Assembly (NCBI GenBank): GCA_050287845.1
Contig: JBNKCR010000063.1
Span: 1 to 24,657 of the forward strand
Direction of reading: 5' to 3'
DNA: 24,657 nucleotides
DNA from: Polyangia bacterium
GTDB lineage: Bacteria; Myxococcota_A; Polyangia; JAAYKL01
Positions 7,106 to 16,312 of the stretch are shown here, one piece after another (the stretch's first letter is position 1; each line of letters opens with the position of its first letter). A model generated the notes under the pieces. It ran no database searches. It saw only the letters and a list, made by a program, of their open reading frames with translations, and was not told the origin of the DNA. A program made the translations under genes and the position numbers.

Positions 7106-8032
7106 ATGGCGGTCGCAGTGGAAAAGCAGACAACGGTCCGGTCGAGGAAACGGTTCCGGTTGGCACAGAAAAGCGCTCCTGTACTATTTCTCGCACCTGC
7201 AGTTATTTTGCTTGTTGTGTACCTGATCTATCCGTTGTTCGCCAGCTTCAGGCTTTCGTTGCTGGATTGGAACGGTCTGGGTGATACCGCAACGTATGTG
7301 GGCCTCGACAATTGGATGCGGTTGTTGCAGGATTCGGTTTTCTGGCATTCGGTCCTGCACAATATTCTGCTTGCCGTTTTTTCCTTGCTGGTCCAATTGC
7401 CGATAGCCATTTTGCTGGCGGTTGTGCTTGATGAAGCCGGCAAAGGATCGAAAATCCTGAAGATTATCTATTTTATTCCGCTTCTGCTATCGAGCGTCGC
7501 GCTTGGCGTTCTTTTCAGAACCATTTACGACCCGAATTTTGGCCCTATCAACAGCATTCTCTTTGATCTCGATCTCAGCGACTGGACACAGGACTGGCTT
7601 GGCGATCCGGGTCTGGCGCTTGGTTCGGTCATTGCGGTTGTCTGCTGGCAGTACATTCCATTCTACATGATTCTGTTTCTGGCTGCGCTTTCCTCATTCC
7701 CGCGCGAGATTGCCGAAGCCGCACGTCTTGATGGCGCCAGCGCCTCAACAATCTTCTGGCGGTTGAAATTGCCGCATATGCAAGGTACCGTGCGTACGGC
7801 GGTGTTGCTCATATTGATTGGCTCTCTGCGCTACTTCGACCTCATTTATGTGATGACGGGCGGCGGTCCCGAAAACGCAACGGAGGTTATGGCGACTTAC
7901 ATGTATAGAACCGTCTTCAATTCATTTGAACTCGGTTATGGCAGCGCTGTTGCATCGGCGATGTTCATCATCGTCACGGTGATCGCCATCGTATCGTTAA
8001 AACTGTCCAGGCGTTTCGAGACGGAGATTTAG
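7106..8032 (+). CDS. Carbohydrate ABC transporter permease 1 (MalF-like)
   Basis: YVGLDNW, EAA loop [21 protein letters not shown]; about 6 TM helices. Confidence 0.95.
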   Translation: MAVAVEKQTTVRSRKRFRLAQKSAPVLFLAPAVILLVVYLIYPLFASFRLSLLDWNGLGDTATYVGLDNWMRLLQDSVFWHSVLHNILLAVFSLLVQLPIAILLAVVLDEAGKGSKILKIIYFIPLLLSSVALGVLFRTIYDPNFGPINSILFDLDLSDWTQDWLGDPGLALGSVIAVVCWQYIPFYMILFLAALSSFPREIAEAARLDGASASTIFWRLKLPHMQGTVRTAVLLILIGSLRYFDLIYVMTGGGPENATEVMATYMYRTVFNSFELGYGSAVASAMFIIVTVIAIVSLKLSRRFETEI

Positions 8033-8037
8033 CGAGC

Positions 8038-8883
8038 ATGAAGAATCTGAAAAAGAATAACGGCTTTAAATTTTCCCGAATTTCCATCCCCGTGCTTGGT
8101 CTGTTCTGGTTGCTGGTGACAGCGCTTCCTTTTGTCTTCATTGTCTTTACCAGCTTCAAGACGTTGGAGGATAGTTATTCTATCCCGGTATGGGCCCCCC
8201 CTGAGAACTTCAGTTTTGAAAATTACATCAAAGTGCTGGAAGGTTCATTTCTGGTTTACCTGCGCAACAGTGTCTTTGTTGTATTGGTCTCGGTGGTCAT
8301 CATCGTGATTGTCAGTTCAATGGCCGCGTATGCGCTGGCACGACTTAAGTTCCGGTTAAACAGTTTTTTATTCGGCCTGATTGTCGCCGGAATGGTTGTG
8401 CCATTGCATGTGACCCTCGTGCCCATTTACCTGATGACCCGTTCGATGGGGCTTTATGATACGTCTTTCGCGCTGCTTGCTCCCTATGTTGCGATCAGCC
8501 TGCCACTCTCGGTTTTTATCCTGACCGAATTTATGAGGCACATTCCCCGCGAGTTGGAAGAGTCCGCTGTTCTCGATGGTTGCGGACACTTCAAAATTTT
8601 CACTCGCATTTTTTTCCCGCTGTCGAAACCGGGCATTTCAACCGTGGCCATCTATAACGCTATTATGCTGTGGAACGAGTTTGTCTTCGCCTATGTGCTG
8701 ATTTCTTCATCGGACAAGCGAACGCTGCCGCTTGCCGTATGGGATTTTCAAGGCCAGTACGCCGCGGATATTCCGGCGATGCTTGCCGTTGTCACCTTGA
8801 GTACTCTGCCACTGATCATCGTTTATGCGATCGGCCAGGAAAAAATCATCAACGGTATGATGGCCGGTTCGTTGAAAGGGTGA
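8038..8883 (+). CDS. Carbohydrate ABC transporter permease 2 (MalG-like)
   Basis: [35 protein letters not shown]-terminus. Confidence 0.95.
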   Translation: MKNLKKNNGFKFSRISIPVLGLFWLLVTALPFVFIVFTSFKTLEDSYSIPVWAPPENFSFENYIKVLEGSFLVYLRNSVFVVLVSVVIIVIVSSMAAYALARLKFRLNSFLFGLIVAGMVVPLHVTLVPIYLMTRSMGLYDTSFALLAPYVAISLPLSVFILTEFMRHIPRELEESAVLDGCGHFKIFTRIFFPLSKPGISTVAIYNAIMLWNEFVFAYVLISSSDKRTLPLAVWDFQGQYAADIPAMLAVVTLSTLPLIIVYAIGQEKIINGMMAGSLKG

Positions 8884-8912
8884 GAGAACCGAAGAACAGA
8901 TGAGAATAAAGT

Positions 8913-10112
8913 ATGACCAGTATTACCTTTACCAATGTAAAAAAGTGTTTCGGAAAACTTACCGTTCTGTCCAATATCGACATCCGGATTGACGATGGTG
9001 AACTTTGTGTCTTTCTGGGGCCTTCAGGTTGCGGAAAGTCCACACTTCTACGCATGATTGCCGGGCTTGAACCGATTACGGAAGGCGAACTGAAGATCGG
9101 CGATGAGCTGATGAATGATGTACCACCGGCGGGGCGGCATGTGGCTATGGTGTTCCAGAACTATGCACTCTACCCGCATATGACCGTGTATGAAAACATT
9201 GCATTTGGCCTCAGGCAGGCCAAAACGCCGAAAGACGAGATTGACCGTCGCGTCAGGGAAACAGCCCGATTGCTGCAGATTGATACCCTGCTTGGCCGTA
9301 AGCCAAAACAACTTTCCGGGGGACAGCGTCAGCGTGTTGCCATCGGCCGCGCCATCGTCCGTCAGCCTGGCGTATTTTTATTCGATGAGCCGCTGTCCAA
9401 TCTGGACGCTGCGTTGCGGGTTCATATGCGCACGGAGATTGCCAACCTGCACCGCGATTATCCGGACGTCAGCATGGTGTATGTGACTCATGATCAGATG
9501 GAAGCTATGGCACTTGCGGACAAGATTGTGCTGCTGCGTTCCGGTGCTGATATTCTGAGCAGGGGCTCGATTGCACAGGTCGGCAAACCCCTTGAACTAT
9601 ATCACCGGCCCGAAAACCTGTTTGCAGCCGGCTTCCTCGGTTCGCCGTCGATGAACTTTTTTAAATCGGAACTCATTGAAGCAAATGGCAAAGGTGCAAC
9701 TGTAAAACTTGAAAGTGGGGAAACCATCCAGATTCCGGTTGAAGCGGAAAGGATTGCAAAAGGTGAAAAACTTACTTTCGGCATCCGCCCTGAACACATG
9801 CAGCCGCTGGATTCCAGCACGAGTGAGCAGATGATTTGCCGCAAGGTGCACGCGGTTGAGAATTTTGGTGAATACAGCTATCTCTATCTTGCAGAAAATT
9901 CCGAAAACGAACCGATTATCGCCAAAGTTCCTGAGGATTTGCAGAAAACCCCCGGCGAGACAATATCCTTTTTTATCAGACCATCCTGTTGTCATCTCTT
10001 TGATGCCGATGGTGAGGCGCTTCCTTATCTTTCCGGTGTTCCAGGACCAGAAAAATCAGAAGGCGAATCAGCAATTGCAGCTACACCCACTTCACTGGAA
10101 CAACTGGAATAA
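8913..10112 (+). CDS. Sugar ABC transporter ATP-binding protein (MalK/MsmX family)
   Basis: Walker A GPSGCGKST, Q-loop VFQNYALYPH, signature LSGGQRQR, Walker B FLFDEP, H-loop YVTHDQ, and a TOBE-like C-terminus (GIRPEH). Confidence 0.96.
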   Translation: MTSITFTNVKKCFGKLTVLSNIDIRIDDGELCVFLGPSGCGKSTLLRMIAGLEPITEGELKIGDELMNDVPPAGRHVAMVFQNYALYPHMTVYENIAFGLRQAKTPKDEIDRRVRETARLLQIDTLLGRKPKQLSGGQRQRVAIGRAIVRQPGVFLFDEPLSNLDAALRVHMRTEIANLHRDYPDVSMVYVTHDQMEAMALADKIVLLRSGADILSRGSIAQVGKPLELYHRPENLFAAGFLGSPSMNFFKSELIEANGKGATVKLESGETIQIPVEAERIAKGEKLTFGIRPEHMQPLDSSTSEQMICRKVHAVENFGEYSYLYLAENSENEPIIAKVPEDLQKTPGETISFFIRPSCCHLFDADGEALPYLSGVPGPEKSEGESAIAATPTSLEQLE

Positions 10113-10117
10113 CCACT

Positions 10118-12484
10118 ATGAACAAACTTTATAAAGATTCGAAACAACCCATTTGGGCGCGTGTCAACGATCTCATTGGCCGGATGACAATCGAAGAAAA
10201 GATTGGCCAGATGCATGGCATGTGGCTTGTCCTGGAAGAGGATGGAAATCATCGGGTCCGCCATGGCCAGCTTACCGGCGCCTCCGACCCGGACGTACTG
10301 AAAGAAATATTGAACAACGGACTTGGCCAGATTACCCGTCCGCTGGGAACACGCAGCATCGATGCCGCGGCAGGTGTGCGCGCACTCAACTGTCTGCAAA
10401 AATATTTTGTAGAGGAAACGCGTCTCGGCATACCCGTTATGGCCCATGAAGAATGTCTGACAGGACTGATGATCAAAGGGGCGACGATGTTTCCTTCTCC
10501 CCTGGCCTATGGCGCAACCTGGAATCCCGATTTGATTGAAAAAGTCGGGGTTGCAATTGGTGCAGAGGCCCGTGCTGTCGGTTGTCATCAGGGCCTGGCG
10601 CCAGTACTTGACGTGGTCCGTGACGCTCGCTGGGGACGTACAGAGGAGAGTTTGGGTGAAGATCCCTATCTGGTCGGCGTTCTTGCCTCACACTATGTCA
10701 GGGGCCTGCAAGGGGAAAAGCGCGACCTGCTGGCCACGTTGAAACACTTTGCCGGCCATTCGGCCAGTGAAGGCGGACGCAACCATGCACCCGTGCATAT
10801 GGGGTGGCGCGAACTCAACGATACCTTCCTGTTACCGTTCGAAATGGCAATTAAACTTGCTGATGCCGGGGCCATTATGCCGGCTTATCACGATATTGAC
10901 GGCGAATCGGTTCACGCATCGCATCATTTATTGACTGAGGTGTTGCGCGAGGATTGGGGTTTTAACGGTCTGGTTGTTGCGGATTATGTCGGCATCAGCC
11001 TGCTTTATCAGCATCACGGTGTTGCAGCGGACTATGCGGATGCCGCTGCACTTTCCTTTAATGCTGGTCTTGATATCGAACTTCCGGGCGATGATTGTGC
11101 CAAAGATCTTAAAACGGCGATTGAGCGCGGTCAAATCAGCGAAGACAAAATTGACGAGATCGTTCACCGTATTCTGACCGAAAAATTTCGCCTCGGCCTG
11201 TTCGAAAAGCCATATGTCGATGACAGTGCAATCGTTCTGCAAGCGCCGGAATCGGTGGCTTTAGCCCATCAGGTTGCTTCAGAAGCGATCACTATTCTGG
11301 ACAACAACGGTATCCTGCCGCTATCGACGGATAACCGAGTGGCCATACTCGGGCCGACTGCGGCTGATCCGCTGGCGCTGTTGAGCGGTTACAGTTTTCC
11401 GGTTCATTTGATCCATTCCGAACAACCGGACGAGGTTGCCGAAGTTGTGACTCCCCTTGAGGGGTTGAAAAAAGTGTTGGGTGCGGACAGGGTTATTTAT
11501 GCCAGGGGGTGCAATATTCTGGATGACCGCCGCGCAGGTAATCCGGTTTTCCCGGGTGATGTTGACGATGATACAAGTCTTGAACAGGCTTCATCCCTTT
11601 CCACGCGGCTCGATATGATTCCTGAAGCGGTGAACGCTGCAAAGACTGCCGATGTGGCTATCGTCTGTATTGGTGATCTGGCTGGTATTTTCCAGACAGG
11701 AACAGTTGGTGAAGGATCGGATGCCGACTCGCTGATGCTGCCGGGCGTTCAACAGGCATTGCTCGAAGCAGTGGTGGCCACCGGAACGCCGGTTGTTGTC
11801 GTACTGACAAACGGCAGACCATATAATCTTGGTGGGCTTGAAGATAAGGTTGCCGCTCAGGTCATGGCATACTTCGGCGGTCAGGAGGGGGGCATGGCTC
11901 TGGCGAAAGTGCTTGCCGGCATTGCCGAGCCCTCAGGGCGGCTGCCCCTTTCCATTCCCAGAAACGTCGGCGCCGCGCCCTATTTTTACAATCACGGCAT
12001 CAAGAGCGCCGGCACACCGATTGCCCGGCATTTTGGCAGCCAATATCCTTTTGGACATGGGCTTTCCTATACCACATTCGAATTTTCCGGTTTGGCGCTC
12101 AAGAGCGAAAAGGTGGATATTCATACGGGAGACATCCGTCTGTCTTTCTCGATTCGCAATACTGGCAGTCGTCGGGGGTTTGCTGTGCCGCAGCTGTATA
12201 TCCGTGACGAGTTGGCTTCTTTTGTGCGGCCAGTCAAAGAGTTGAAGGCATTTGGCAAGGTTGAACTGGCGCCGGGAGATGAAGCCCGGGTTACCTTTGT
12301 TGTCCCGGTAGACATGCTCAATTTCACAGGACAGGAAGGCAAGCGTATGGTTGAACCCGGATTCTTCACACTGATGGTTGGTGAATCCAGCGCAAACATC
12401 AAATTGAAAACCCGCGTCGAAGTTACGGGTGAGCGCCGGCTTCTTTCTGGAAACTGGCGCATGGAAAGCAACTTCCTTGTTTGA
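10118..12484 (+). CDS. Cytoplasmic GH3 glycosidase, probably beta-xylosidase (BxlA-like), with Fn3-like C-terminus
   Basis: MTIEEKIGQ, HEECLTG, RDARWGRTEESLGEDP, LKHF, nucleophile region VVADY, YPFGHGLSYTTF, RPVKELKAF; no signal peptide. Confidence 0.92.
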   Translation: MNKLYKDSKQPIWARVNDLIGRMTIEEKIGQMHGMWLVLEEDGNHRVRHGQLTGASDPDVLKEILNNGLGQITRPLGTRSIDAAAGVRALNCLQKYFVEETRLGIPVMAHEECLTGLMIKGATMFPSPLAYGATWNPDLIEKVGVAIGAEARAVGCHQGLAPVLDVVRDARWGRTEESLGEDPYLVGVLASHYVRGLQGEKRDLLATLKHFAGHSASEGGRNHAPVHMGWRELNDTFLLPFEMAIKLADAGAIMPAYHDIDGESVHASHHLLTEVLREDWGFNGLVVADYVGISLLYQHHGVAADYADAAALSFNAGLDIELPGDDCAKDLKTAIERGQISEDKIDEIVHRILTEKFRLGLFEKPYVDDSAIVLQAPESVALAHQVASEAITILDNNGILPLSTDNRVAILGPTAADPLALLSGYSFPVHLIHSEQPDEVAEVVTPLEGLKKVLGADRVIYARGCNILDDRRAGNPVFPGDVDDDTSLEQASSLSTRLDMIPEAVNAAKTADVAIVCIGDLAGIFQTGTVGEGSDADSLMLPGVQQALLEAVVATGTPVVVVLTNGRPYNLGGLEDKVAAQVMAYFGGQEGGMALAKVLAGIAEPSGRLPLSIPRNVGAAPYFYNHGIKSAGTPIARHFGSQYPFGHGLSYTTFEFSGLALKSEKVDIHTGDIRLSFSIRNTGSRRGFAVPQLYIRDELASFVRPVKELKAFGKVELAPGDEARVTFVVPVDMLNFTGQEGKRMVEPGFFTLMVGESSANIKLKTRVEVTGERRLLSGNWRMESNFLV

Positions 12485-12529
12485 TATAGATTATCAGGAC
12501 ATTCTTTGTCATCCAGGGATGGATGATTC

Positions 12530-13576
12530 ATGGTAGACAAAAAGCAAACTCGAAATGTGTTGAAGAAACAAGTGCCAACGCTGTCGGAAATTGCCAAGAT
12601 AGCCGGGGTTTCCCGGATGACGGCTTCGCGCGCGTTGAACAATCAACCTGGCGTTTCGGAGGCCACGCGCGAAGAGATCTTAAGAATCGCCGACGAGATG
12701 GGGTACGTCGCCAATCCGCTGGCACGGAAGCTCTCGGCCGGTAAATCCCATATTATCGGTGCGATTGCGCAATTGCATACATCTTATACCAGTGATCTGG
12801 TCATGGGGATTGGCAGCGCAGTGAGAGGAGCCGGATATGAAATGCTGCTCTATTCTCTGCCCGGCAATGACAGTCAGCCGCCCCATAGCGTCGTCAGCCT
12901 CCTGCAACAGATTGCCGATGGGCTCATTGCGATTTTGCCCTATGAGTCGGGTTATCTGGAGGAATTGGCCCGGTTTGATGTTCCGGTGATAACCATTGAC
13001 GCGCAATCTGATGATCAGCCTTTTCCGTTTGTCATTGCCGACAGTTATCAGGGCGGAAGGCTTGCGGTACGTCATCTGGCCGAGTTGGGACATCGGCGTA
13101 TCGGTTGTATCGCAGGAGACTTGCGTCTCAGTTCCGCACGGGGACGGTTGCAGGCGTATCGCGACATGATTGCCCAGCTCGATTTGGCCGATGACGAGGG
13201 ATTGATTGTAGGCGGCGGCTTTTCCCACAAAGAAGGGTTCGATGCGGCAAAACAACTGCTCACTCTGACCGATATCCCAACTGCGATTGTTGCGTCGAAT
13301 GACACGACTGCTTTCGGTGCACTGGCGGCAATTCGTGAAGCCGGACTGAGCGTTCCAGAGGATATTTCCCTTGTGGGTTTTGATGATATTCCACTGGCTA
13401 CGGAAATGCACCCCACATTGACTACCATCCGTCAGCCCCTTCACGAAATGGGGCGGTCGGCGATTAACCTGCTGCTTGCCCGTATCGTTGGCCTCGAAGC
13501 GCCCACAAACCGGACCATTCTCCCCGTAAAGCTAATCGTGCGGCAGTCCACCGCCCCACCGCGCAAATCCGGGTAG
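12530..13576 (+). CDS. LacI-family transcriptional regulator
   Basis: HTH TLSEIAKIAGVSRMTASRALN; HLAELGHRRIG, VPEDISLVGFDD, PTLTTIRQP, LIVRQST. Confidence 0.97.
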   Translation: MVDKKQTRNVLKKQVPTLSEIAKIAGVSRMTASRALNNQPGVSEATREEILRIADEMGYVANPLARKLSAGKSHIIGAIAQLHTSYTSDLVMGIGSAVRGAGYEMLLYSLPGNDSQPPHSVVSLLQQIADGLIAILPYESGYLEELARFDVPVITIDAQSDDQPFPFVIADSYQGGRLAVRHLAELGHRRIGCIAGDLRLSSARGRLQAYRDMIAQLDLADDEGLIVGGGFSHKEGFDAAKQLLTLTDIPTAIVASNDTTAFGALAAIREAGLSVPEDISLVGFDDIPLATEMHPTLTTIRQPLHEMGRSAINLLLARIVGLEAPTNRTILPVKLIVRQSTAPPRKSG

Positions 13577-13794
13577 AAATCGCGATGATTGGCGAGACCT
13601 TGAATCGAATTATTCGGATTGAGGAGTGCGATGCCCGGAAGCCCGTCTGGCTCGCATGGATGGATGAAAGAATCGTTCTCCGTTGGTATTGCTCTGCTAA
13701 AAAACGTTCCCAACTCGATTTCTTTTAAAAAGTGTGTTAATTAACTCACGATTTTTGGGGGAATAACCACCATGCACGGGTTGTGCGCCAACGG

Positions 13795-13850
13795 TAGTCT
13801 TGCTCCGTGGCCGTGTTTTCCGGTGAAAACGCGGGTAGGGACCAGGACTA
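13795..13850 (+). promoter_or_regulatory. Long stem-loop in the pnp leader (candidate RNase III processing/autoregulation site)
   Basis: Outer TAGTCTTG/CAGGACTA, inner CCGTGTTTTC-CGGT-GAAAACGCGG with an internal loop. A second hairpin TGCCGGAC-GGT-GTTCGGCA lies at 13892-13910, next to the SD. Confidence 0.6.
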
Positions 13851-13919
13851 GAATTGTAACGCACAATCTGCATCGCATGGCCAATCAGAAATGCCGGACG
13901 GTGTTCGGCAGAAAGGCAT

Positions 13920-16292
13920 ATGAGTATGTTTATCAGAGAGAGTGTTACGATTGGTAACAAAGAAATCACCATTGAAACCGGCCGCATTGCCAAGCAGGCA
14001 AATGGCGCGGTGATGATTGGTATCAATGATACAGTATTGCTGGTGGCTTCAGTGGGAAATAAGGAAGTGAAAGAAGGCATCGACTTTTTTCCGCTGACAT
14101 GCAATTACACCGAACGGCAGTATGCCGGTGGACGGATTCCCGGCGGATTCTTTAAACGGGAAGGGCGGCCCAGAGAAGATGAAATTCTGACCTGCCGTAT
14201 CATGGACCGTCCCATTCGCCCCATGTTTCCCGACGGATTTTACAACGAAGTCCAGGTACAGGCCACGCTGATGGCGTCGGATCGTCAGAATAAGGCGGAC
14301 GTACTGGCTCTGATTGGCACCTCGGCATCGCTGCATTTTTCCGATATCCCCTTTGACGGACCGGTAGGTGCGATTCGTATCGGTCGAATCAATGGCGAAT
14401 TCATTGCGTTCCCCACCATGGATGAGATCGCGGAGAGTGACATGGATATTGTCATGGCGGCCACCCGGGAAGCCATTACCATGGTGGAAGGCGAAGCGAA
14501 GGAAATTCCGGAAAAAGTACTCATTGATGCATTGGAGTGGGGACATCAGATGATGATGCCGCTTCTGGATTTGCAGGACGCCATCAAGGAAAGCGTGGGC
14601 AAACCCAAGTGGAATGTACAACCGGCTCAAAAAGACCAGACGATTGCGGCGAAGGTGGCAGAACTTTACACCGCCCGTATGGACGAGGCCACCCGTATTC
14701 TGGCCAAACACGAGCGATATGACGCCATCGACGCATTGGTGAAGGAAGCGGTTGCTGCCCTGAAGGAACAGTTTCCGGAAAAAGAGGCTGAAATCGCATC
14801 TGCGATGAGCGGCCTGAAAAAGAAAATTGTTCGGGATCGTGTGCTGGGGACCGGCGTTCGGATTGACGGCCGCAGTCTGACAGAAATTCGTCCCATCACC
14901 ACGGAAGTGGGGGTATTGCCGCGGGTTCATGGCAGTTCACTCTTTACCCGGGGCGAAACCCAGGCACTGGTATTCACCACCCTCGGTATGCCTGGCGACG
15001 AGCAACGCCTGGATGGTCTGTATACCGAAGACACCAAACGTTTCATGCTTCACTACAACTTTCCGCCGTACTCCGTTGGGGAAGCCCGACCGGTTCGCGG
15101 CACATCGAGGCGGGAAATCGGACATGGCGCCCTGGCGGAACGGGCCCTGGATGCCATGTTACCATCGAAAGCAGAGTTCCCCTATGCCATCCGTATTGTG
15201 AGCGAGATCACCGAATCCAACGGGTCATCCTCCATGGCCACGGTGTGTGGCGGATGCATGTCGCTGATGGATTGCGGGGTACCCATCAAGGCGCCGGTGG
15301 CCGGTATTGCCATGGGACTGATGACCGATGGGGAGCGCACCGCCATTTTGTCGGACATTCTCGGCGATGAAGATCACATGGGCGATATGGACTTCAAGGT
15401 GACGGGAACCAAAGATGGTATTACTGCTGTGCAGATGGATATTAAAATAAAGGGACTGGCTCGGGATATCATGGAGCGCGCGCTGGAGCAGGCGCGGGAA
15501 GGCCGGGTTCATATTCTCGGACGGATGCTGAGTACTCTGGAAGCGCCCCGGGCAGAACTGTCCAGATGGGCGCCTCGCATTCAGACCATCAAGGTCAAAC
15601 CGGATCAGGTTCGCATTGTTATCGGCTCCGGTGGCAAGACCATTCGCGGTATTGTGGAACAGACGGGGGTTCAGATTGATGTCCAGGATGATGGAACCAT
15701 TAATGTGGCTTCTTCGGAGGTGGAAGCCATCGAGACCGCTATCGGTATTATCGAAGGATTGGTGAAGGAACCCGAAGTGGGAGAGGAATACGAGGGGACT
15801 GTGGTTCGTCTGGCAGATTTCGGCGCATTTGTGAACATTCTGCCCAATACCGACGGTTTGCTGCATATTTCCGAGATGGATTGGAACCGGGTGGAGAAGG
15901 TGGAGGACGTGTGTAAAGAGGGGGATACACTGCGGGTGAAGATTCTCGAAATCGATAAATCCACCGGGAAAATCAGATTGTCCCGAAAGGTGCTGTTGGA
16001 AAAGCCGGAAGGATATGAAGAACGTCCCCCCCGTCCACCGAGAGATAGGGATGATCGCGGTGACCGGGGAGATCGGGGTGGCAGAGATCGGGGTGGCCGG
16101 GATGACCGAGGGCGCGGGCCACGGCGGGACGACAGAAGAAGAGATGAACGGGGCGACAGTCGCTCCAGGCGCAGACCCCCACGGGATCGGGATAGAGACC
16201 AGAATCGCGGTCCTGAGCAAAGCAGGGACGGCGGCGAAAACCGGGGACGCGATAGTGCGCCGGACAACGGAAACGGGGGGAGCGGCGAATAG
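13920..16292 (+). CDS. pnp: Polyribonucleotide nucleotidyltransferase (PNPase) with Arg/Asp/Gly-rich C-terminal tail
   Basis: DFFPLT, GGFFKREGRP, FTRGETQ, RREIGHG, ESNGSSS, EDHMGDMDFKVTGT; KH (IGSGGKTI) and S1 (FGAFV, GLLHISE) domains. Confidence 0.99.
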   Translation: MSMFIRESVTIGNKEITIETGRIAKQANGAVMIGINDTVLLVASVGNKEVKEGIDFFPLTCNYTERQYAGGRIPGGFFKREGRPREDEILTCRIMDRPIRPMFPDGFYNEVQVQATLMASDRQNKADVLALIGTSASLHFSDIPFDGPVGAIRIGRINGEFIAFPTMDEIAESDMDIVMAATREAITMVEGEAKEIPEKVLIDALEWGHQMMMPLLDLQDAIKESVGKPKWNVQPAQKDQTIAAKVAELYTARMDEATRILAKHERYDAIDALVKEAVAALKEQFPEKEAEIASAMSGLKKKIVRDRVLGTGVRIDGRSLTEIRPITTEVGVLPRVHGSSLFTRGETQALVFTTLGMPGDEQRLDGLYTEDTKRFMLHYNFPPYSVGEARPVRGTSRREIGHGALAERALDAMLPSKAEFPYAIRIVSEITESNGSSSMATVCGGCMSLMDCGVPIKAPVAGIAMGLMTDGERTAILSDILGDEDHMGDMDFKVTGTKDGITAVQMDIKIKGLARDIMERALEQAREGRVHILGRMLSTLEAPRAELSRWAPRIQTIKVKPDQVRIVIGSGGKTIRGIVEQTGVQIDVQDDGTINVASSEVEAIETAIGIIEGLVKEPEVGEEYEGTVVRLADFGAFVNILPNTDGLLHISEMDWNRVEKVEDVCKEGDTLRVKILEIDKSTGKIRLSRKVLLEKPEGYEERPPRPPRDRDDRGDRGDRGGRDRGGRDDRGRGPRRDDRRRDERGDSRSRRRPPRDRDRDQNRGPEQSRDGGENRGRDSAPDNGNGGSGE

Positions 16293-16312
16293 CCATCCCT
16301 GAACCGCCTGGC

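Noticed and set aside
13627..13656. Hairpin TGCGA..GCC/GGC..TCGCA after lacI as a terminator
   Set aside because: Interrupted stem with no U-tract; function cannot be supported.
5547..13732. Weak similarity between 5547-5575 (cgtttccaaactatcgtttttcaaaaaag) and 13705-13732 (cgttcccaactcgatttcttttaaaaag) as island-flanking direct repeats
   Set aside because: Many mismatches in AT-rich sequence, so it could be chance. An empty-site comparison would be needed to support it.
14049..16267. Long antisense ORFs within pnp (14049..14930, 15225..16220, 15671..16267), and similar ones within lacI and rplC
   Set aside because: Expected antisense open frames from codon bias in conserved genes; no protein motifs.
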